From Eledone cirrhosa (Eukaryota), in assembly GCA_964016885.1 (NCBI GenBank), contig OZ024741.1, positions 11,470,001 through 11,534,000 of the forward strand: 64,000 nucleotides of DNA, in the 5' to 3' direction. This document shows positions 48,401 through 63,400 of this stretch, one piece after another (the first letter of the stretch is position 1; every line of letters begins with the position of its first letter). The position numbers and the translations under genes are program-made. The notes beneath the pieces were generated by a model. The model searched no databases, was not told the DNA's origin, and saw only the letters and a list, made by a program, of their open reading frames with translations.

Positions 48401-51400
48401 ACATACAAACACATCTACTGAGTTACATATACACACATTTCTGTGTTACATACACACACATCTACTGAGTTACATACACTCACATCTACTGAGTTACATA
48501 CACACATATCTACTGAGTTACATACACACATCTAATGAGCTACATACACACATATCTACTGAGTTACATACACACATCTAGTGAGTTACATACACACATC
48601 TACTGAGTTACATACACACACATCTACTGAGTTACATACACACACCTCTACTGAGTTACATACACACATCCACTGTGTTACATACACGCACATCTACTGA
48701 GTTACATACATACATCTACTGAGTTACGTACGCTCACATCTACTGAGTTACATACACACACATCTACAGAGTTACATATACACACATCTACTGAGTTGGA
48801 TACACACATCTACTGAGTTACATATACACACATCTACTGTGTTACATACACACACCTCTACTGAGTTACATACATACACATCTATTGAGTTACATACACA
48901 CACATCTACTGAGTTACATACACACACATCTACTAAGTTACATACACACATCTACTGAGTTACATACACACAAATCTACTGAGTTACATACACACACATC
49001 TAATGAGTTACATACACGCACATCTACTGAGTTACATACATACATCTACTGAGTTACATACAGACACATCTACTGAGTTACATACACACCTCTACTGAGT
49101 TACATACACACACCATCTACTGAGTTACATACACACACATCTTCTGAATTACATATACACACATCTACTGAGTTACATACACACACATCAACTGAGATAC
49201 ATACACACATCTACAGAGTTACATACAGACACATGTACTGAGTTACATATACACATCTACTAAGCTACATACACACACATCTACTGAGTTACAGACACAC
49301 GTCTACTGAGTTACATACACACATCTACTGAGTTACATACACACATCTACTGAGTTACATACACAAATCTACTGAGTTACATACACACATATCTACTGAG
49401 TTACATATACACATATCTACCGAGTTACATACACATATCTACTGAGTTACATACACACACACAACTACTGAGTTCCATGCACACTACTCCTGAGTTACAT
49501 ACACTCACATCTACTGAGTACATACACTCACATCTACTGAGTTACATACACACACATCTACTGAGTTACATACACATATCTACTGAGTTACATACACACA
49601 CAACTACTGAGTTACATGCACACATCTACTGAGTTACATACACACATATCTACTAAGTTACATACACACCTCTACTTAGTTACATACACACATCTACTGA
49701 GTTGCATACATACACATCTACTGAGTTACATACACTCACATCTACTGAGTTACATACACACACATCTACTGAATCACATACATACATCAACTAAATTACA
49801 TACACACACATCTACTGAGTTACATACACACGCATCTACTGAGTTACATACACACTACTGCTGAGTTACATACACACACATCTACTGAGTTACATACACA
49901 CACATCTACTGTGTTACATACACACACATCTACTGAGTCACATACATACATCTACTGAATTACATACACGCACATCTACTGAGTTACATACACACACATC
50001 TACTGAGTTACATACACACACATCTCCTAAGTTATATACACACATCTACTGAGTTACATACACACACATCTACTGAGTTACATACAGACATATCTACTGA
50101 GTTACATACACACATCTACTGAGTTACATACACGCACATCTACTGAGTTACATACACACATCTACTGAGTTACATACACACACATCTACTGAGTTACATA
50201 CATACATCTACTGAGTTACATACACGCACATCTACTGAGTTACATACAAACACATCTACTGAGTTACATATACACACATTTCTGTGTTACATACACACAC
50301 ATCTACTGAGTTACATACACTCACATCTACTGAGTTACATACACACATATCTACTGAGTTACATACACACATCTAATGAGCTACATACACACATATCTAC
50401 TGAGTTACATACACACATCTAGTGAGTTACATACACACATCTACTGAGTTACATACACACACATCTACAGAGTTACATATACACACATCTACTGAGTTGG
50501 ATACACACATCTACTGAGTTACATATACACACATCTACTGTGTTACATACACACACCTCTACTGAGTTACGTACATACACATCTATTGAGTTACATACAC
50601 ACACATCTACTGAGTTACATACACACACATCTACTAAGTTACATACACACATCTACTGAGTTACATACACACAAATCTACTGAGTTACATACACACACAT
50701 CTAATGAGTTACATACACGCACATCTACTGAGTTACATACATACATCTACTGAGTTACATACAGACACATCTACTGAGTTACATACACACCTCTACTGAG
50801 TTACATACACACACCATCTACTGAGTTACATACACACACATCTTCTGAATTACATATACACACATCTACTGAGTTACATACACACACATCAACTGAGATA
50901 CATACACACATCTACAGAGTTACATACAGACACATCTACTGAGTTACATATACACATCTACTAAGCTACATACACACACATCTACTGAGTTACAGACACA
51001 CATCTACTGAGTTACAGACACACCTCTACTGAGTTACATACACACATCTACTCAGTTACATACACGCACATCTACTGAGTTGCATACACACACATCTACT
51101 GAGTTACATGAATGCATCTACTGAGTTACATACACACACATCTACTGAGTTACATACACACACATCTACTGAGTTACATACACACACATCTACTCAGTTA
51201 CATATACACATATCTACTGAGTTACATACACACAAATCTACTGAGTTACATACACACACATCTACTGAGTTACATACACACACACAACTACTGAGTTACA
51301 TACACACATCTACTGAGTTACATACACACACATCAACCGAGATACATACACACATCTACAGAGTTACATACACACACATCTACAGAGTTATATACACACA

Positions 51401-54400
51401 CATCTACTGAGTTACATACACTCACATCTACTGTGTTAAATAAACATATCTACTGAGTTACATACATACACAGCTATTGAGTTCCATACACACATCTACT
51501 GAGTTACATACACACATATCTACTGAGTTACATACACACATCTACTTAGTTACATACACACATCTACTGAGTTACATACATACACATATATTGAGTTACA
51601 TACACACACATCTACTGAGTTACATACACACATATCTACTGAGTTACATACACAAACATCTACTGAGTTATATACACACACATCTACTGAATTACATACA
51701 CACACATCTACTGAGTTACATATACACACATCCACTGAGTTACATACACAAACTTCTAATGAGTTACATACATACACATCTACTGAGTTACATACATACA
51801 CATCTACTGAGTTATTTACACTCACATCTACTGAGTTACATACACTCACATCTACTGAGTTACATACACACATCTACTGAGTTACATACACACACACATC
51901 TACTGAGTTACATACACTCACATCTACTGAGTTACATACACACATCTACTGAGTTACATACACACACATCTACTGAGTTATATACACACATATCTACTGA
52001 GTTACATACACACACATCTATTGAGTTACATACACACACATCTACTGTGTCAAATACATACACATCTACTGAGTTACATACACACATCTACTGAATTACG
52101 TACACACACATCTACTGAGTTATATACACACGCATCTACTGAGTTACATACACACATCTGCTGAGTTACATACACACACATCTACTAAGTTACATACACA
52201 CACATCCACTGAGTTACATACATACACATCTACTTAGTTACATACACACACATCTACTGAGTTAAATACACACACATCTACTGAGTTACATATACACACA
52301 TCCACTGAGTTACATACACACACCTCTACTGAGTGACATACACACATCTACTGAGTTACATACACGCACATCTACTGAGTTACATACATACACTTACTGA
52401 GCTACATACACACACATCTACTGAGTTACATACACCGACATCTACTGTGTTACATATACACACATCTACTGAGTTACATACACACAAATCTACTGAGTTA
52501 CATACACACACATCTAATGAGTTACATACACGCACATCTACTGAGTTACATACATACATCTACTGAGTTACATACATACACATCTACTGAGTTATATAAA
52601 CACACATCTACTGAGTTACATACAGACACATCTACTGAGTTACATACACACCTCTACAGAGTTACATACAGACACATCTACTGAGTTACATATACACATC
52701 TACTAATCTACATATACACACATCTACTGAGTTACAGACACACATCTACTGAGTTACATACACACATCTACTGAGTTACATACACACACATCTACTGAGT
52801 TACATACACACATCTACTGAGTTACATACACACATATCTACTGAGTTACATATACACATATCTACCGAGTTACATACACATATCTACTGAGTTACATACA
52901 CACACACAACTACTGAGTTCCGTGCACACTACTCCTGAGTTACATACACTCACATCTACTGAGTTACATACACTCACATCTACTGAGTTACATACACACA
53001 CATCTACTGAGTTACATACACATATCTACTGAGTTACATACACACACAACTACTGAGTTACATGCACACATCTACTGAGTTACATACACACATATCTACT
53101 GAGTTACATACACACCTCTACTTAGTTACATACACACATCTACTGAGTTGCATACACACACATCTACTGTGTTACATACACACACATCTACTGAGTCACA
53201 TACATACATCTACTGAATTACATACACACACATCTACTGAGTTACATACACACGCATCTACTGAGTCACATACACACATCTACTGAATTACATACACGCA
53301 CATCTACTGAGTTACATACACACACATCTACTGAGTTACATACACACACATCTCCTAAGTTATATACACACATCTACTGAGTTACATACACACACATCTA
53401 CTGAGTTACATACAGACATATCTACTAAGTTACATACACACATCTACTGAGTTACATACACGCACATCTACTGAGTTACATACACACATCTACTGAGTTA
53501 CATACACACACATCTACTGAGTTACATACATACATCTACTGAGTTACATACACACACATCTACTGAGTTACATACAAACACATCTACTGAGTTACATATA
53601 CACACATTTCTGTGTTACATACACACACATCTACTGAGTTACATACACTCACATCTACTGAGTTACATACACACATATCTACTGAGTTACATACACACAT
53701 CTAATGAGCTACATACACACATATCTACTGAGTTACATACACACATCTAGTGAGTTACATACACACATCTACTGAGTTACATACACACACATCTACTGAG
53801 TTACATACACACACCTCTACTGAGTTACATACACACATCCACTGTGTTACATACACGCACATCTACTGAGTTACATACATACATCTACTGAGTTACGTAC
53901 GCTCACATCTACTGAGTTACATACACACACATCTACAGAGTTACATATACACACATCTACTGAGTTGGATACACACATCTACTGAGTTACATATACACAC
54001 ATCTACTGTGTTACATACACACACCTCTACTGAGTTACATACATACACATCTATTGAGTTACATACACACACATCTACTGAGTTACATACACACACATCT
54101 ACTAAGTTACATACACACATCTACTGAGTTACATACACACAAATCTACTGAGTTACATACACACACATCTAATGAGTTACATACACGCACATCTACTGAG
54201 TTACATACATACATCTACTGAGTTACATACAGACACATCTACTGAGTTACATACACACCTCTACTGAGTTACATACACACACCATCTACTGAGTTACATA
54301 CACACACATCTTCTGAATTACATATACACACATCTACTGAGTTACATACACACACATCAACTGAGATACATACACACATCTACAGAGTTACATACAGACA

Positions 54401-57400
54401 CATCTACTGAGTTACATATACACATCTACTAAGCTACATACACACACATCTACTGAGTTACAGACACACGTCTACTGAGTTACATACACACATCTACTGA
54501 GTTACATACACACATCTACTGAGTTACATACACAAATCTACTGAGTTACATACACACATATCTACTGAGTTACATATACACATATCTACCGAGTTACATA
54601 CACATATCTACTGAGTTACATACACACACACAACTACTGAGTTCCATGCACACTACTCCTGAGTTACATACACTCACATCTACTGAGTACATACACTCAC
54701 ATCTACTGAGTTACATACACACACATCTACTGAGTTACATACACATATCTACTGAGTTACATACACACACAACTACTGAGTTACATGCACACATCTACTG
54801 AGTTACATACACACATATCTACTAAGTTACATACACACCTCTACTTAGTTACATACACACATCTACTGAGTTGCATACATACACATCTACTGAGTTACAT
54901 ACACTCACATCTACTGAGTTACATACACACACATCTACTGAATCACATACATACATCAACTAAATTACATACACACACATCTACTGAGTTACATACACAC
55001 GCATCTACTGAGTTACATACACACTACTGCTGAGTTACATACACACACATCTACTGAGTTACATACACACACATCTACTGTGTTACATACACACACATCT
55101 ACTGAGTCACATACATACATCTACTGAATTACATACACGCACATCTACTGAGTTACATACACACACATCTACTGAGTTACATACACACACATCTCCTAAG
55201 TTATATACACACATCTACTGAGTTACATACACACACATCTACTGAGTTACATACAGACATATCTACTGAGTTACATACACACATCTACTGAGTTACATAC
55301 ACGCACATCTACTGAGTTACATACACACATCTACTGAGTTACATACACACACATCTACTGAGTTACATACATACATCTACTGAGTTACATACACGCACAT
55401 CTACTGAGTTACATACAAACACATCTACTGAGTTACATATACACACATTTCTGTGTTACATACACACACATCTACTGAGTTACATACACTCACATCTACT
55501 GAGTTACATACACACATATCTACTGAGTTACATACACACATCTAATGAGCTACATACACACATATCTACTGAGTTACATACACACATCTAGTGAGTTACA
55601 TACACACATCTACTGAGTTACATACACACACATCTACAGAGTTACATATACACACATCTACTGAGTTGGATACACACATCTACTGAGTTACATATACACA
55701 CATCTACTGTGTTACATACACACACCTCTACTGAGTTACGTACATACACATCTATTGAGTTACATACACACACATCTACTGAGTTACATACACACACATC
55801 TACTAAGTTACATACACACATCTACTGAGTTACATACACACAAATCTACTGAGTTACATACACACACATCTAATGAGTTACATACACGCACATCTACTGA
55901 GTTACATACATACATCTACTGAGTTACATACAGACACATCTACTGAGTTACATACACACCTCTACTGAGTTACATACACACACCATCTACTGAGTTACAT
56001 ACACACACATCTTCTGAATTACATATACACACATCTACTGAGTTACATACACACACATCAACTGAGATACATACACACATCTACAGAGTTACATACAGAC
56101 ACATCTACTGAGTTACATATACACATCTACTAAGCTACATACACACACATCTACTGAGTTACAGACACACATCTACTGAGTTACATACACACATCTACTG
56201 AGTTACATACACACATCTACTGAGTTACATACACACATATCTACTGAGTTACATATACACATATCTACCGAGTTACATACACATATCTACTGAGTTACAT
56301 ACACACACACAACTACTGAGTTCCATGCACACTACTCCTGAGTTACATACACTCACATCTACTGAGTACATACACTCACATCTACTGAGTTACATACACA
56401 CACATCTACTGAGTTACATACACATATCTATTGAGTTACATACACACACAACTACTGAGTTACATGCACACATCTACTGAGTTACATACACACATATCTA
56501 CTGAGTTACATACACACCTCTACTTAGTTACATACACACATCTACTGAGTTGCATACATACACATCTACTGAGTTACATACACTCACATCTACTGAGTTA
56601 CATACACACACATCTACTGAATCACATACATACATCAACTAAATTACATACACACACATCTACTGAGTTACATACACACGCATCTACTGAGTTACATACA
56701 CACTACTGCTGAGTTACATACACACACATCTACTGAGTTACATACACACACATCTACTGTGTTACATACACACACATCTACTGAGTCACATACATACATC
56801 TACTGAATTACATACACGCACATCTACTGAGTTACATACACACACATCTACTGAGTTACATACACACACATCTCCTAAGTTATATACACACATCTACTGA
56901 GTTACATACACACACATCTACTGAGTTACATACAGACATATCTACTGAGTTACATACACACATCTACTGAGTTACATACACGCACATCTACTGAGTTACA
57001 TACACACATCTACTGAGTTACATACACACACATCTACTGAGTTACATACATACATCTACTGAGTTACATACACACACATCTACTGAGTTACATACACACA
57101 CATCTACTGAGTTACATATACACACATCTACTGTGTTACATACACACACATCTACTGAGTTACATACACACATCTACTGAGTTATATACACTCACATCTA
57201 CTGAGTTACATACACTCACATCTACTGAGTAACGTACACACATATCTACTGAGTTACATACACACATCTAGTGAGTTACATACACACATCTACTGAGTTA
57301 CATACACACACATCTACTGAGTTACATACACACACCTCTACTGAGTTACATACACACATCCACTGAGTTACATACACACACCTCTACTGAGTTACATACA

Positions 57401-60400
57401 CACACCTCTACTGAGTTACATACACACATCCACTGAGCTACATACACACACCTCTACTCAGTTACATACACACATCTACTGAGTTATATACACACATCAA
57501 CTGAGTTACATACACATACATCTACTGAATTACATACATACACATCTACTGAGTTACATACACACGCATCTACTGAGTTACATACACACATCCAGTGAGT
57601 TACATACACGCACATCTACTGAGTTACATACATACATCTATTGAGTTACGTACGCTCACATCTACTGAGTTACATTCACACACATCTACAGAGTTACATA
57701 TACACACATCTACTGAGTTGCATACACACATCTACTGAGTTACATATACACACATCTACTGTGTTACATACACACACCTCTACTGAGTTACATACATACA
57801 CATCTACTGAGTTACATACACACACATCTACTGAGTTACATACACACACATCTACTACGTTACATACACACATCTACTGAGTTACATACACACATCTACT
57901 GAGTTACATACACACACATCTACTGAGTTACACACACATCTACTGAGTTACATATACACACATCTACTGAGTTGCATACACACATCTACTGAGTTACATA
58001 TACACACATCTGCTGTGTTACATACACACACCTCTACTGAGTCACATACATACACCTACTGAGTTACATACACACATCAACTGAGTTACATACACATACA
58101 TCTACTGAATTACATACATACACATCTACTGAGTTACATACACACGCATCTACTGAGTTACATACACACAGCTGCTGAGTTACATACACACACATCTACT
58201 GAGTTACATACACACACATCTACTGAGTTACATACATACACATCTACTGAGTTACATACACACATCTACTGAGTTACATACACACATATCTACTGAGTTA
58301 CATATACACATATCTACCGAGTTACATACACATATCTACTGAGTTACATACACACACACAACTACTGAGTTCCATGCACACTACTCCTGAGTTACATACA
58401 CTCACATCTACTGAGTACATACACTCACATCTACTGAGTTACATACACACACATCTACTGAGTTACATACACATATCTACTGAGTTACATACACACACAA
58501 CTACTGAGTTACATGCACACATCTACTGAGTTACATACACACATATCTACTGAGTTACATACACACCTCTACTTAGTTACATACACACATCTACTGAGTT
58601 GCATACACACACATCTACTGTGTTACATACACACACATCTACTGAGTCACATACATACATCTACTGAATTACATACACACACATCTACTGAGTTACATAC
58701 ACACGCATCTACTGAGTCACATACACACATCTACTGAATTACATACACGCACATCTACTGAGTTACATACACACACATCTAATGAGTTACATACACACAC
58801 ATCTCCTAAGTTATATACACACATCTACTGAGTTACATACACACACATCTACTGAGTTACATACAGACATATCTACTGAGTTACATACACACATCTACTG
58901 AGTTACATACACGCACATCTACTGAGTTACATACACACATCTACTGAGTTACATACACACACACCTACTGAGTTACATACATACATCTACTGAGTTACAT
59001 ACACACACATCTACTGAGTTACATACAAACACATCTACTGAGTTACATATACACACATTTCTGTGTTACATACACACACATCTACTGAGTTACATACACT
59101 CACATCTACTGAGTTACATACACACATATCTACTGAGTTACATACACACATCTAATGAGCTACATACACACATATCTACTGAGTTACATACACACATCTA
59201 GTGAGTTACATACACACATCTACTGAGTTACATACACACACATCTACTGAGTTACATACACACACCTCTACTGAGTTACATACACACATCCACTGTGTTA
59301 CATACACGCACATCTACTGAGTTACATACATACATCTACTGAGTTACGTACGCTCACATCTACTGAGTTACATACACACACATCTACAGAGTTACATATA
59401 CACACATCTACTGAGTTGGATACACACATCTACTGAGTTACATATACACACATCTACTGTGTTACATACACACACCTCTACTGAGTTACATACATACACA
59501 TCTATTGAGTTACATACACACACATCTACTGAGTTACATACACACACATCTACTAAGTTACATACACACATCTACTGAGTTACATACACACAAATCTACT
59601 GAGTTACATACACACACATCTAATGAGTTACATACACGCACATCTACTGAGTTACATACATACATCTACTGAGTTACATACAGACACATCTACTGAGTTA
59701 CATACACACCTCTACTGAGTTACATACACACACCATCTACTGAGTTACATACACACACATCTTCTGAATTACATATACACACATCTACTGAGTTACATAC
59801 ACACACATCAACTGAGATACATACACACATCTACAGAGTTACATACAGACACATCTACTGAGTTACATATACACATCTACTAAGCTACATACACACACAT
59901 CTACTGAGTTACAGACACACGTCTACTGAGTTACATACACACATCTACTGAGTTACATACACACATCTACTGAGTTACATACACAAATCTACTGAGTTAC
60001 ATACACACATATCTACTGAGTTACATATACACATATCTACCGAGTTACATACACATATCTACTGAGTTACATACACACACACAACTACTGAGTTCCATGC
60101 ACACTACTCCTGAGTTACATACACTCACATCTACTGAGTACATACACTCACATCTACTGAGTTACATACACACACATCTACTGAGTTACATACACATATC
60201 TACTGAGTTACATACACACACAACTACTGAGTTACATGCACACATCTACTGAGTTACATACACACATATCTACTGAGTTACATACACACCTCTACTTAGT
60301 TACATACACACATCTACTGAGTTGCATACATACACATCTACTGAGTTACATACACTCACATCTACTGAGTTACATACACACACATCTACTGAATCACATA

Positions 60401-63400
60401 CATACATCAACTAAATTACATACACACACATTTACTGAGTTACATACACACGCATCTACTGAGTTACATACACACTACTGCTGAGTTACATACACACACA
60501 TCTACTGAGTTACATACACACACATCTACTGTGTTACATACACACACATCTACTGAGTCACATACATACATCTACTGAATTACATACACGCACATCTACT
60601 GAGTTACATACACACACATCTACTGAGTTACATACACACACATCTCCTAAGTTATATACACACATCTACTGAGTTACATACACACACATCTACTGAGTTA
60701 CATACAGACATATCTACTGAGTTACATACACACATCTACTGAGTTACATACACGCACATCTACTGAGTTACATACACACATCTACTGAGTTACATACACA
60801 CACATCTACTGAGTTACATACATACATCTACTGAGTTACATACACGCACATCTACTGAGTTACATACAAACACATCTACTGAGTTACATATACACACATT
60901 TCTGTGTTACATACACACACATCTACTGAGTTACATACACTCACATCTACTGAGTTACATACACACATATCTACTGAGTTACATACACACATCTAATGAG
61001 CTACATACACACATATCTACTGAGTTACATACACACATCTAGTGAGTTACATACACACATCTACTGAGTTACGTACGCTCACATCTACTGAGTTACATAC
61101 ACGCACATCTACAGAGTTACATATACACACATCTACTGAGTTGGATACACACATCTACTGAGTTACATATACACACATCTACTGTGTTACATACACACAC
61201 CTCTACTGAGTTACGTACATACACATCTATTGAGTTACATACACACACATCTACTGAGTTACATACACACACATCTACTAAGTTACATACACACATCTAC
61301 TGAGTTACATACACACAAATCTACTGAGTTACATACACACACATCTAATGAGTTACATACACGCACATCTACTGAGTTACATACATACATCTACTGAGTT
61401 ACATACAGACACATCTACTGAGTTACATACACACCTCTACTGAGTTACATACACACACCATCTACTGAGTTACATACACACACATCTTCTGAATTACATA
61501 TACACACATCTACTGAGTTACATACACACACATCAACTGAGATACATACACACATCTACAGAGTTACATACAGACACATCTACTGAGTTACATATACACA
61601 TCTACTAAGCTACATACACACACATCTACTGAGTTACAGACACACATCTACTGAGTTACATACACACATCTACTGAGTTACATACACACATCTACTGAGT
61701 TACATACACACATATCTACTGAGTTACATATACACATATCTACCGAGTTACATACACATATCTACTGAGTTACATACACACACACAACTACTGAGTTCCA
61801 TGCACACTACTCCTGAGTTACATACACTCACATCTACTGAGTACATACACTCACATCTACTGAGTTACATACACACACATCTACTGAGTTACATACACAT
61901 ATCTACTGAGTTACATACACACACAACTACTGAGTTACATGCACACATCTACTGAGTTACATACACACATATCTACTGAGTTACATACACACCTCTACTT
62001 AGTTACATACACACATCTACTGAGTTGCATACATACACATCTACTGAGTTACATACACTCACATCTACTGAGTTACATACACACACATCTACTGAATCAC
62101 ATACATACATCAACTAAATTACATACACACACATCTACTGAGTTACATACACACGCATCTACTGAGTTACATACACACTACTGCTGAGTTACATACACAC
62201 ACATCTACTGAGTTACATACACACACATCTACTGTGTTACATACACACACATCTACTGAGTCACATACATACATCTACTGAATTACATACACGCACATCT
62301 ACTGAGTTACATACACACACATCTACTGAGTTACATACACACACATCTCCTAAGTTATATACACACATCTACTGAGTTACATACACACACATCTACTGAG
62401 TTACATAAAGAAATATCTACTGAGTTACATACACACATCTACTGAGTTACATACACGCACATCTACTGAGTTACATACACACATCTACTGAGTTACATAC
62501 ACACACATCTACTGAGTTACATACATACATCTACTGAGTTACATACACACACATCTACTGAGTTACATACACACACATCTACTGAGTTACATATACACAC
62601 ATCTACTGTGTTACATACACACACATCTACTGAGTTACATACACACATCTACTGAGTTATATACACTCACATCTACTGAGTTACATACACTCACATCTAC
62701 TGAGTAACGTACACACATATCTACTGAGTTACATACACACATCTAGTGAGTTACATACACACATCTACTGAGTTACATACACACACATCTACTGAGTTAC
62801 ATACACACACCTCTACTGAGTTACATACACACATCCACTGAGTTACATACACACACCTCTACTGAGTTACATACACACACCTCTACTGAGTTACATACAC
62901 ACATCCACTGAGCTACATACACACACCTCTACTCAGTTACATACACACATCTACTGAGTTATATACACACATCAACTGAGTTACATACACATACATCTAC
63001 TGAATTACATACACATACATCTACTGAATTACATACATACACATCTACTGAGTTACATACACACGCATCTACTGAGTTACATACACACATCCAGTGAGTT
63101 ACATACACGCACATCTACTGAGTTACATACATACATCTACTGAGTTACGTACGCTCACATCTACTGAGTTACATTCACACACATCTACAGAGTTACATAT
63201 ACACACATCTACTGAGTTGCATACACACATCTACTGAGTTACATATACACACATCTACTGTGTTACATACACACACCTCTACTGAGTTACATACATACAC
63301 ATCTACTGAGTTACATACACACACATCTACTGAGTTACATACACACACATCTACTAAGTTACATACACACATCTACTGAGTTACATACACACATCTACTG

